From positions 3,294 to 67,293 of the forward strand of contig JAQWBM010000004.1 of NCBI GenBank assembly GCA_028706405.1: a stretch of DNA of 64,000 nucleotides, written 5' to 3'. The notes below the pieces were generated by a model. That model had not been told where the DNA came from. It was given only the letters and a program-made list of their open reading frames with translations, and did not search any database. A program made the translations under genes and the position numbers. Positions 52,050 through 60,618 of the stretch are shown here, piece by piece. The stretch is from Eubacteriales bacterium (lineage in GTDB: Bacteria > Bacillota > Clostridia > Peptostreptococcales > Anaerovoracaceae). Within the stretch, counting starts at the first letter, position 1. Each line of letters starts with the position of its first letter.

Positions 52050-52895
52050 ATGTTTGATTTAAAAGGTTTTGAATTATCCCTTTACCGGCAGGAGTTTAGT
52101 GAAAATACGGTCTCCTGCTATATCCGGGACACCAAGGAATTTCTGAAATGGCTTGATGGACAAGGCAAGCATATCACCGAGATCGATGAGTTTATCCTTA
52201 TAAACTATAAAAAGCATTTGCTGAAGCTGAACCAGTCAATCCTAAGCAAGAACCGTAAGCTGGCTTCTTTAAATTCCTTTTGCAAGTTCCTTTGTACCGA
52301 TAATGTCTTAGATGAAATCATCAGTATAAAGCTGGTCAGAAACCGGGAAAGAGGCGAATATAAGGGATTACAGGCAAATGACCTGCACCGGCTGAGGGAA
52401 CTAATTCACCAAGAAGGGAATAAGCAACATATCTGTATCATTGAACTGCTGATATCGACCGGAATAAGAGTAAGCGAGCTTTGCAATCTACGGCTTCAAG
52501 ATATTACATTGGATGGAGACAAGAGCAAAATCCATGTAGTTGGCAAAGGAAGCGTCAACCGAGCCATTCCATTGAATACTGATGCGAAGAAAGCGATTGA
52601 GGACTACTTGGAGGTTAGACCCAACACCGATCAAGACAACCTTATTATCGGGCAAAGGGGGTCATACAGTCGAAATGCAATCAATCTAATATTAGAGAAA
52701 TATGGAAAAAGCCTTGGATTCAAAGTCACACCACATAATCTGCGCCACAGTTTCGCATATAAGTTGATTATGGGGGGAGCACCAATCACTATGATACAGG
52801 ACTTGCTTGGTCATTCTTCAATACTAACAACGATTCGGTACACTCAGGTCACGGAGCAGGATAAGGTAGACGCATTGAATGGTTTGGATTGGTGA
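52050..52895 (+). CDS. XerC/D-like tyrosine recombinase
   Basis: SAM-like N-domain; catalytic R (TGIRVSEL), K (VVGKG), HxxR (HNLRH), LLGH, Y (TIRYT); promoter TTGATT(51991)-N17-TAACAT. Confidence 0.92.
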   Translation: MFDLKGFELSLYRQEFSENTVSCYIRDTKEFLKWLDGQGKHITEIDEFILINYKKHLLKLNQSILSKNRKLASLNSFCKFLCTDNVLDEIISIKLVRNRERGEYKGLQANDLHRLRELIHQEGNKQHICIIELLISTGIRVSELCNLRLQDITLDGDKSKIHVVGKGSVNRAIPLNTDAKKAIEDYLEVRPNTDQDNLIIGQRGSYSRNAINLILEKYGKSLGFKVTPHNLRHSFAYKLIMGGAPITMIQDLLGHSSILTTIRYTQVTEQDKVDALNGLDW

Positions 52896-52912
52896 ACGAA
52901 TAAGATTTAATC

Positions 52913-52945
52913 AGCACTTCTTCCAGGGGGGAGGGGTGCTTCTTT
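52913..52945 (+). terminator. Terminator after the tyrosine recombinase
   Basis: AGCACTTCTTCC...GGAGGGGTGCT followed by TCTTT. Confidence 0.6.
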
Positions 52946-53035
52946 ATTGGAAAGACCGAGCCGCCAGCTGGCAGCACGGAAATTTTTACAGTAATTTTAG
53001 GCAGAAACTTTAATTTACATAGGAAGGAGGTTTTG

Positions 53036-54649
53036 ATGGATATAAATCCAGAACAGAAAATAGAAATATTAAGGCAGAACCAACTGCTCAAACAGTATAT
53101 GAACAAACACTTTTCCTCGGCAAAGATAAGAGAACTGGTCGAGGAATTTTCATTTTCAGAACTCAGGAAGCTCATGGGCGAGATAGATATCGAGCTATTC
53201 GCGTTGCTCTACTTCCCTAAATATTTTGATAGGCCGTTTGGGGTATTCCATAGGGAGCTGTTTTCTGAACTTAAGTATATGCTGAGCAACAGCGGACTTA
53301 TAAATGCATTTGGCCTACCCCGGGAGCATGGTAAAAGCACGATCAATTCTTTTTTATTTCCGCTATATTCAACACTATATGGGAAATCCCAATTTACATT
53401 AATCATATCTGCCACTGAGCAAATTGCTCTTCCCTTCCTGGACATGATTAAAGATGAACTGGAGACTAATCAGCTACTCATTGAGGATTTTGGAATCACT
53501 AAAGGTAACCGTTGGAATAATAATGAGATTTGGATTCGTGGAAAAGCTGGACTTGATGCTTGCATAATGATTCGAGGCATTGATGGAAGTTTACGTGGAA
53601 TTCATTTTAAACAGTTCAGGCCAACACTGGTTCTGCTGGATGACTTGCTGAAGGATGATACCGCAAAATCAGAAAGCAAGCGAGAGCAGGTAAAGAGCAC
53701 ATTTACCGATGTCGTGATTCCGATTGGTACCCGTGACACAAATATCCTAATTGTCGGAACCATTCTAAATGAAGAGGATCTGATGGCTGATCTTTTAAAG
53801 GGAAAAGTCGCTGGGGTAAGATCGATTCGTAAAAGCGCAGTAATCAAATGGGCAGAGCGAGATGATCTGTGGGCAGAGTGGCAAATTAAATATAATAATT
53901 TACAGGACTTGGATAGGATTCAAACTGCTAGGTCTTTTTATTTGGGGCATGAGGACGAAATGCTTCAGGGAACCGAAATACTCTGGTCTGAGTACCTCGA
54001 TTATTACTATTTGCAATGTAAGCGCCTCAGCATGGGTGAGAGAAGCTTTCAAAAAGAACTCCAGAACGATCCCCGATCTACTGACGATTATATATTTCAA
54101 GATATTCAATATTGGGATAAGCTGCCGGACTTTGAGGAGCTTGAAGTGGTAATGTATGTAGATCCTGCAATTAAAGCCGGGAAGAATAATGACTTTTCTG
54201 CAATAACGATATTAGGTCAACACCGAAAGACCAAGCAAAAATACATTATAGATGGGTCAATACATAAAGTCCTGCCGGATGATTTGTTTCAAATTGCGAT
54301 TGACAAGTTAAACCAGTATCCAGTGGGTAAGATAGGTTTCGAAGTGACCCAGGCCCAAAGTTATATGAAGCAGAAGTTCGAGGAGCGGCTTTGGGATAAT
54401 CAAATATACACTCCTGTTGATAGTGTGATCAGTAAGGGAAATAAGCACGAGCGGATTATTTCCCTAGAACCCGAAGTTAAAAACGCGCATATCCTTTTCA
54501 ATTCTGGAAATATAAGGTATAATAATCAAGTAAAGGATTACAACAAAGGGGCGAAATTTGACGATGCTCCCGACAGCCTTTATGGATCGGTGCAATTGGT
54601 GCAAGGGGTTCAGAGCTTAAAATTCTTTGATAGGGGATTGCTGTTTTAA
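53036..54649 (+). CDS. terL: Terminase large subunit
   Basis: Walker A PREHGKST, Walker B LLDDL, nuclease YVDPA ... DDAPDSL. Confidence 0.9.
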   Translation: MDINPEQKIEILRQNQLLKQYMNKHFSSAKIRELVEEFSFSELRKLMGEIDIELFALLYFPKYFDRPFGVFHRELFSELKYMLSNSGLINAFGLPREHGKSTINSFLFPLYSTLYGKSQFTLIISATEQIALPFLDMIKDELETNQLLIEDFGITKGNRWNNNEIWIRGKAGLDACIMIRGIDGSLRGIHFKQFRPTLVLLDDLLKDDTAKSESKREQVKSTFTDVVIPIGTRDTNILIVGTILNEEDLMADLLKGKVAGVRSIRKSAVIKWAERDDLWAEWQIKYNNLQDLDRIQTARSFYLGHEDEMLQGTEILWSEYLDYYYLQCKRLSMGERSFQKELQNDPRSTDDYIFQDIQYWDKLPDFEELEVVMYVDPAIKAGKNNDFSAITILGQHRKTKQKYIIDGSIHKVLPDDLFQIAIDKLNQYPVGKIGFEVTQAQSYMKQKFEERLWDNQIYTPVDSVISKGNKHERIISLEPEVKNAHILFNSGNIRYNNQVKDYNKGAKFDDAPDSLYGSVQLVQGVQSLKFFDRGLLF

Positions 54650-54826
54650 ATATTTTTTTTGATTGGAGTATAATGTTAGTGGTTTTATTAAATGCACTAA
54701 GTTAAGTTCTATTTAGATGGAAATAATTTTTAATGTGTTGCAATTTGGGTAAATAATAAGTATTATAGTGGTAGATGTATATATTTGAGAATACTTTAAA
54801 AATATGTACATGAAGGAGGAATAGAT

Positions 54827-55270
54827 ATGGTTGAGAGAATGGAGAGAAGATATTCTGCATTAGATATTGCAAAATATGTTATAAATAAATGCACTGTGGA
54901 AGATTCTCCGATCAGCAACTTACAATTGCAAAAGATATTATATTTTTTGCAAAGAAAATATCTTGTGGATAAAGGGAGACCTTTATTTGATGATGAAATC
55001 CAGGCTTGGCAATTTGGGCCGGTTGTGCCAGAAACATATTATCAGTATTGTGGTTTTGGATCAATGGCTATTACGATGAACTATGCAATTGATATTAATG
55101 AGGATGATTCAAGCATAATTGATACTATTGCTGAAGAAAAACGATGCAGAAATCCTTGGGACTTGGTAGAAGAGACACATAGTGAAGGGAAAGCATGGGC
55201 TGCTATATATCGTAATGGATTAGGTAATCACAAGACAATACCTGTTGAGTTGATAAGGACGAAAGGGTAG
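54827..55270 (+). CDS. Panacea / SocA (DUF4065) antitoxin-family protein
   Basis: ISNLQLQKILYF, QAWQFGPVVP, THSEGKAW. Confidence 0.9.
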   Translation: MVERMERRYSALDIAKYVINKCTVEDSPISNLQLQKILYFLQRKYLVDKGRPLFDDEIQAWQFGPVVPETYYQYCGFGSMAITMNYAIDINEDDSSIIDTIAEEKRCRNPWDLVEETHSEGKAWAAIYRNGLGNHKTIPVELIRTKG

Positions 55271-55278
55271 TAGAGAGT

Positions 55279-56145
55279 TTGATAACTGATAAAGTAGATG
55301 TGAAACGCAATAAATTTAAAATGCTTTTGTTTAGGCTTGCCGAATCTCAAAAGATTTTGAGTTCGCCTAAAGAAAAAAGTGATATTTATATTGAACTTGA
55401 ATCTATATATTCCGGTATAGCTGATAAAGAAGAATTTAGACATTATTATTCTGATATTTTTGCGGTTATATCTCAAGTAGATAAAGACCCCCAGTTAGGT
55501 AATACTGAAGTATTGAATCAGAATATGAATCTAGTTAGGCAAGGATATCAACCTCAAAATAAGGATCCTGAGACAAATCAACTCATTGATATTAGTAAGC
55601 AGATTAATAAGTTATATGACCATATTAATTTGGATATTGCGAGACTTAATTATTTTAAAACGATAGAATCTAGGAGTCAGAGTGACTTAAATAAAGTAAA
55701 TGAAACATTAGAACAAGTCGGAAAATCGGTTTCATTAATGCAAGATAATGTAGAAAAGGCTGACGATATGCAAAAACAGTACGTAACAATACTGGGTATT
55801 TTTGCAGCAATTGTATTAACATTTACGGGAGGAATTGCATTTTCTACATCGGTATTGGAAAATATAGGAAACGCAAGCGTATATAAAATTGTATTAATTG
55901 CGGTAGGTGTAGCGTTTGTATTAATTAATATAATCTATATTTTGACCAGATTTATTTTAGAAATAAATAAAAAGGAAAATGAAGTAATAAAATATCCAAA
56001 GTTTATGCTTATATTAAATTTAGTCTGCGTTTGCGTTGTTTCAATTGTTATCGTAAGCTGGTTTTTCGATGTCGGCAGGGCAGCGGAGATTTTTAGAAAT
56101 TTGATTTATCAAAACTTTGAAACTGCTAACAAAATATCTAACTAG
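55279..56145 (+). CDS. Uncharacterised Panacea partner with coiled coil and three C-terminal TM helices; putative toxin
   Basis: Follows the antitoxin by 8 nt; ILGIFAAIVLTFTGG TM segment; AT-rich. Confidence 0.6.
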   Translation: MITDKVDVKRNKFKMLLFRLAESQKILSSPKEKSDIYIELESIYSGIADKEEFRHYYSDIFAVISQVDKDPQLGNTEVLNQNMNLVRQGYQPQNKDPETNQLIDISKQINKLYDHINLDIARLNYFKTIESRSQSDLNKVNETLEQVGKSVSLMQDNVEKADDMQKQYVTILGIFAAIVLTFTGGIAFSTSVLENIGNASVYKIVLIAVGVAFVLINIIYILTRFILEINKKENEVIKYPKFMLILNLVCVCVVSIVIVSWFFDVGRAAEIFRNLIYQNFETANKISN

Positions 56146-56172
56146 CTAAAGTTAGTAGGGTTATGGATCGAT

Positions 56173-56201
56173 GCCGTTGCGCTTATGCAATGGCTTTTTT
56201 T
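56173..56201 (+). terminator. Intrinsic terminator upstream of the portal gene
   Basis: GCCGTTGC-N6-GCAATGGC followed by T7. Confidence 0.75.
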
Positions 56202-56228
56202 ATGCCCATTTTAGAAAGGAAGAATAAT

Positions 56229-57521
56229 TTGCATATAGATGAAAAATTAATATTACAATGTTTACTGGAGCTTAACAAAAGCATTCCGGCAAAAATAATC
56301 TACAAAGATTACTATGAAGGGAAGCATTCCATATTAAGTGATTACAAGATGCAGGACTCCCGGAGCAATATGAAGCTCGTTTTTAATTACCCACGCAAGT
56401 TTGTGGACAACGAGGTTGGGTATCTGCTTGGGAAGCCTGTGAATTACGTTTCCAAGTCTGATGATGAAAATATCATCGATGCCATTGATATTAACACTAG
56501 CCATTGGGACAAGGAGCATAATATCAACCTAAGAAAGCAAAGCGAAATCTTCGGCGAGGCTTACGAACTCAACTATATCAATACCGATGGAGAGTTTTCT
56601 GCTACTGTGTTAAATCCGCTGAATTGTTATGTGCTGGAAGATGGAACTGCTGAGCGGAATGCTCTGCTTGCAATTCATAAATATAAAAAGCATTTTGATG
56701 ATAAACAGTATATGGACGTTTATACAGATACAGAAATTCTGCATTATCAAATCGGGACTGTGAACAGTGGAAATAGCTATTCAGGTGGAAATCTCACCTA
56801 TACGGGAAGTCACAGCCATATCTTTGGAAGAGTGCCGGTGCTTGTTTGTCCAGCCAATAGCGAAAGAAAGCCCGGCTTTCACGATATCATATCACTTTTT
56901 GATGCGTACAACGCTTTGAATAGCGACTTGGTCAACGAAATTGCGGATCACCGAAACGCTTACTTAATTATTGAGAATAGTAAGCTTGAAGAAGACGATC
57001 TTGGCAAGATGAAGGAGATGGGAATAATTCAAGTCCCGGCAGGAGGAAAGGTATCATGGCTGACCAAAGATATCAACGACAGTTTTGTAAAGAATGAGTT
57101 GGATAATATCGAGAAGAAGATTTACGATCTTATGGATGAGGTTAATTTTTCGGAGAATTGGGCGTCAAATACGTCCTCATTGGCACTTCGGAATAAGCTT
57201 CTGAATATGGAGAACAGAGTGTCAATACGGGAAGCCATTATGGAAAAGGTAATCAAGGAGAGATTAAAGCTTCTCTTTATTTTTTTGTCTAAAAAGGAAG
57301 GCTCTGCATATGACTACCGGGATATTTCCGTGAAATTTACAAGGAATTTACCAACTGATCTTACAGGTCTAGCCGACGTAATCGTGAAGCTTACTGATGT
57401 ATGCAGTCAAGAGACATTATTGACCTTGCTACCTTTTGTAGAAAATCCGAAGCTGGAGGTAGGTAAATATAAGGCAGAGCAGAAAAATACAGAAACTAAT
57501 GAAGGAGAAACAACAGATTGA
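56229..57521 (+). CDS. Portal protein, SPP1 gp6-like
   Basis: YYEGKH, FNYPRKFVDNEVGYLLGKPV, HIFGRVPV, SSLALR, FTRNLP; probable TTG start 56229 behind AGAAAGGA. Confidence 0.92.
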   Translation: MHIDEKLILQCLLELNKSIPAKIIYKDYYEGKHSILSDYKMQDSRSNMKLVFNYPRKFVDNEVGYLLGKPVNYVSKSDDENIIDAIDINTSHWDKEHNINLRKQSEIFGEAYELNYINTDGEFSATVLNPLNCYVLEDGTAERNALLAIHKYKKHFDDKQYMDVYTDTEILHYQIGTVNSGNSYSGGNLTYTGSHSHIFGRVPVLVCPANSERKPGFHDIISLFDAYNALNSDLVNEIADHRNAYLIIENSKLEEDDLGKMKEMGIIQVPAGGKVSWLTKDINDSFVKNELDNIEKKIYDLMDEVNFSENWASNTSSLALRNKLLNMENRVSIREAIMEKVIKERLKLLFIFLSKKEGSAYDYRDISVKFTRNLPTDLTGLADVIVKLTDVCSQETLLTLLPFVENPKLEVGKYKAEQKNTETNEGETTD

Positions 57522-57892
57522 AAAATATTAATAGAATAAAGAGCCTTATAAAAGAGGAGTGCGCTGGATATGTCACAGGCTTCGTCAATAATTACTGTTG
57601 TAATCATGATGAGGCTTGTTTGTATTTTGGAGAAGGTGATATGCTTCGTTGCAAATATTTTGAGGAAGGGGTGCTTCCATTGGAAGAGGATTTGGAAAGA
57701 CAGTACCGGCAGGAACACAATATGGGAGCAGCAGTCGGAAGAAAGGCAAAGCCAAAGGTAAAATGCGAACGGTGCGGAGAACTGTTTGATGCTAATTCTA
57801 ACCGGCAACATTATTGTGAAAAGTGCCAAAAGATAGTTAGGAGAGAACAGTCAAGAGAAAGACAATATCGGCTGCGAGTGAATTCAGCATAG
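57518..57892 (+). CDS. Cys-rich zinc-binding protein with a basic C-terminus
   Basis: CERCG...YCEKC and an N-terminal Cys cluster; overlaps the portal stop. Confidence 0.7.
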   Translation: MKNINRIKSLIKEECAGYVTGFVNNYCCNHDEACLYFGEGDMLRCKYFEEGVLPLEEDLERQYRQEHNMGAAVGRKAKPKVKCERCGELFDANSNRQHYCEKCQKIVRREQSRERQYRLRVNSA

Positions 57893-58106
57893 CATAACGC
57901 ATTAGAGGGGTCTGAAACCTTGTAATTGCAAGGGGTAAAAATGAAAAAATGACCTCTTGATACTAGGATATGGCTTAGCTAAAAAGCAATTAAATTTATT
58001 CGTTTTTTATTTGTCCTGAGTATGACGTTTAAACTGCTCTATTTATATATTTTTTTATAATGTGTATTCGGGCATATGGTCGAATGTGCGAGAAATGGAG
58101 TAATTT

Positions 58107-58685
58107 ATGACAATCGAAGAAGTAAAAAAGTACGTTGAGGAAAACAAAGATAGTGAGGAACTCAAAGCATATTTGAAGGGCTTAATAAGTGTTGACGGAA
58201 TGCAGAAATTCCTTTCTGAAAATGAGGAAGGGAGAAAGTGGCTCGATAGCGAGAAGGACAAACACCTCAATAAGGGGCTTGATACTTGGAAATCCAACAA
58301 TCTTCAGAAGGAAATTGATAAAAAGATTTCAGAGCTGTATCCAGAGGAAACCCCTGAGAAAAAGCAGCTCCGGGAACTGAATGCCAAGATTGAAAAAATG
58401 GAGTCGGAGAAACAGCGAGAGGTTTTGAAAAATAAGGCTCTTACGATTGCTGCGGAAAAGAAACTCCCTATTAATCAGGTCATTGACTTGTTAATAGCAG
58501 AAGATGAGGAATCCACCGTTTCCAATATCGGCAAGTTTGAAGAAATCTTTGGATCTTCCGTTCAGGCGGCTGTCGAAGAACGGCTTAAGGGAGGCGGTTA
58601 CACTCCACCTAACAATGCTGGGGGAGATAATCAGCCAAAGAATTTAAATGAAGCATTGAAAAATCATTATAGCAGAAGTAATTAA
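58107..58685 (+). CDS. Capsid scaffolding protein (DUF4355-like)
   Basis: Charged coiled coil, YPEETPE, VEERLKG; directly before the capsid gene. Confidence 0.85.
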   Translation: MTIEEVKKYVEENKDSEELKAYLKGLISVDGMQKFLSENEEGRKWLDSEKDKHLNKGLDTWKSNNLQKEIDKKISELYPEETPEKKQLRELNAKIEKMESEKQREVLKNKALTIAAEKKLPINQVIDLLIAEDEESTVSNIGKFEEIFGSSVQAAVEERLKGGGYTPPNNAGGDNQPKNLNEALKNHYSRSN

Positions 58686-58705
58686 AAGAAAAGGAGATTA
58701 TTATT

Positions 58706-59686
58706 ATGGTAACTTTAGAACAAGCAAAATTAAACACACAGGACGATATCCAAATCGGCGTTATTGATGAATTTAGAAAGAGCTCATTTATACTGGACAA
58801 TATTGCATTCGATGATGCAGTGACTCCCGGCACAAACGGAGCAACCCTTACATACGGCTATACAAGACTGATTACTCAGCCGACAGCCGCATTTCGTGAA
58901 ATAAACGCAGAGTACACCGCTCAGGAAGTCACAAAGCAAAGATATACTACCGAATTAAAACCATTCGGTGGCTCATTCCAGATTGATAGAATTATTGCTA
59001 ATACAGGCGGTCTTGTAGATGAACTGAGTCTTCAGGTACAGCAAAAGGTTAAGGCTGCAAAAAGTCTCTTCCACGACACGGTTATTAATGGGGATTCAGC
59101 TGTGGATACGAAATCCTTTGATGGATTGAATAAGGCAATCACCGGCTCCAGTACAGAATACAACACTGGATCATATATTGATCTTTCCAGTTCATCTGCG
59201 GTAGATAGCAATTATAAACTGTTTCTTGATTCAATTGACGAATTCTTATCTAACCTTGATGGAAAACCATCTTTCCTTGGTGGAAACTCAAAGCTGATTA
59301 CCAAAATCAAATCCGTAGCAAGAAGAGCAGGATATCTCACTCAAAGCGAAGATGCTTTTGGTAGAAAAGTTGATGCATACGATGGGATCGTGCTGGTTGA
59401 TCTCGGAGAAAGATCGGGAAGCAATCTTCCGGTCGTTTCTATTGTTGATACAAGAAAACCGAATGGAACGGATATTGTAACTGGTCTGACTGACCTTTAT
59501 GCGGCGAATCTGTCACTGGATGGATTCCATGCCGTTTCGCTTGCGGGTCAGGACTTGGTGAAAATCTGGCTTCCTGACTTCACAACCTCAGGAGCTGTAA
59601 AAACGGGAGAAGTCGAAATGGTCGCAGCCGTTGCGCTCAAAGCAACAAAGAGCGCAGGAGTTTTCAGAAATATAAAGGTAGCGTAG
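58706..59686 (+). CDS. Major capsid protein (HK97 fold)
   Basis: 326 aa after the scaffold; FREINAEY, PFGGSFQIDR, TGEVEMVAAVAL patterns of Firmicutes phage capsids. Confidence 0.85.
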   Translation: MVTLEQAKLNTQDDIQIGVIDEFRKSSFILDNIAFDDAVTPGTNGATLTYGYTRLITQPTAAFREINAEYTAQEVTKQRYTTELKPFGGSFQIDRIIANTGGLVDELSLQVQQKVKAAKSLFHDTVINGDSAVDTKSFDGLNKAITGSSTEYNTGSYIDLSSSSAVDSNYKLFLDSIDEFLSNLDGKPSFLGGNSKLITKIKSVARRAGYLTQSEDAFGRKVDAYDGIVLVDLGERSGSNLPVVSIVDTRKPNGTDIVTGLTDLYAANLSLDGFHAVSLAGQDLVKIWLPDFTTSGAVKTGEVEMVAAVALKATKSAGVFRNIKVA

Positions 59687-59698
59687 GGGGAAGTACAT

Positions 59699-60028
59699 AT
59701 GGCGAAGATATACTGTAATAAAGAGTTTAACGGTATATCGGTTACGGTAAACTTTATTAACGGGGTAGGGGTCAGCGATGATCCTTACCTCATTTCTTGG
59801 TTTACTGAGAATGGATATACAGTGGAAGAAGAAAAGAGAGAGCCATCAGAATATGATTCTTTATCTTACAAGGAACTGACTGAACGTGCTAAGGAACGTG
59901 GATTTAATGCAATTGGCGTAAAGAAGGAGCAGTTGATTGTAGAGCTTATAAAACTTGATGAAGGAGCAGCAACGGGCTTATGTGAAACGAAAAATTCAGA
60001 ACAGAAATCAGAAGAAGCGGAGGAATAA
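59699..60028 (+). CDS. Small head-associated protein
   Basis: Directly after the capsid gene; C-terminal HeH/Rho-N-like segment (YKELTERAKERG..KKEQLI). Confidence 0.6.
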   Translation: MAKIYCNKEFNGISVTVNFINGVGVSDDPYLISWFTENGYTVEEEKREPSEYDSLSYKELTERAKERGFNAIGVKKEQLIVELIKLDEGAATGLCETKNSEQKSEEAEE

Positions 60029-60031
60029 GGC

Positions 60032-60337
60032 ATGCTTGTAATTGTAAAAATGCTGCTCGGCATTGCAGTGGACGATACTTCAAAAGATGATGTACTGAAT
60101 CACTTCATCGGACTGGCTTTGAAGATGGCACTGTCTTATTGTAATATTACCGATATTAGTTCGGAATATAACGGAGCGGTCGCAGAGCTTGCAGTTTATT
60201 TATATAAGAACAAAGATAGCACCGGGTATAAGCAGAAGACCGAGGGAGAACGCAGCGTTACATATATAGATGGAGCGATTCCAGAATATATTAAATCAGC
60301 ATTGCCGCTACCAAAGATAAAGGTTGGAGGTGCTTAA
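60032..60337 (+). CDS. Head-tail connector (SPP1 gp15 / HK97 gp6-like)
   Basis: KMLLGI...ALSYCN...AVAELAVYLY...TEGERSVTY pattern. Confidence 0.8.
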   Translation: MLVIVKMLLGIAVDDTSKDDVLNHFIGLALKMALSYCNITDISSEYNGAVAELAVYLYKNKDSTGYKQKTEGERSVTYIDGAIPEYIKSALPLPKIKVGGA

Positions 60338-60618
60338 TGTTTTATGAGACATTAATAAAAATATATTCCAGCCCCGGCTCTACAGCATACATTAAATCCT
60401 TATACGCAGATTTTCAACCCTATACCAAAAGCATATTGTTTGAGGATGGATTTCAAATTGATATATCAAACAGGATATTTTGTGATCCTGATACATCAAT
60501 CGACACTGAAAAATATATAGAAGTTGAAAATGAACTGTATAAAATAATGGATTTAATAAAATGGGACGGTTACTATGAAGTACACCTGTACAAGCTGAAA
60601 CGGCAGGTGCAGTCATGA
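60337..60618 (+). CDS. Probable head-closure protein (gp16-like)
   Basis: 93-aa beta-rich ORF after the connector; coupled by TAATG. Confidence 0.55.
   Translation: MFYETLIKIYSSPGSTAYIKSLYADFQPYTKSILFEDGFQIDISNRIFCDPDTSIDTEKYIEVENELYKIMDLIKWDGYYEVHLYKLKRQVQS

Noticed and set aside
58706-59686. Encapsulin nanocompartment
   Set aside because: It is flanked by terminase, portal, scaffold and connector genes, which indicates a DNA-packaging capsid.
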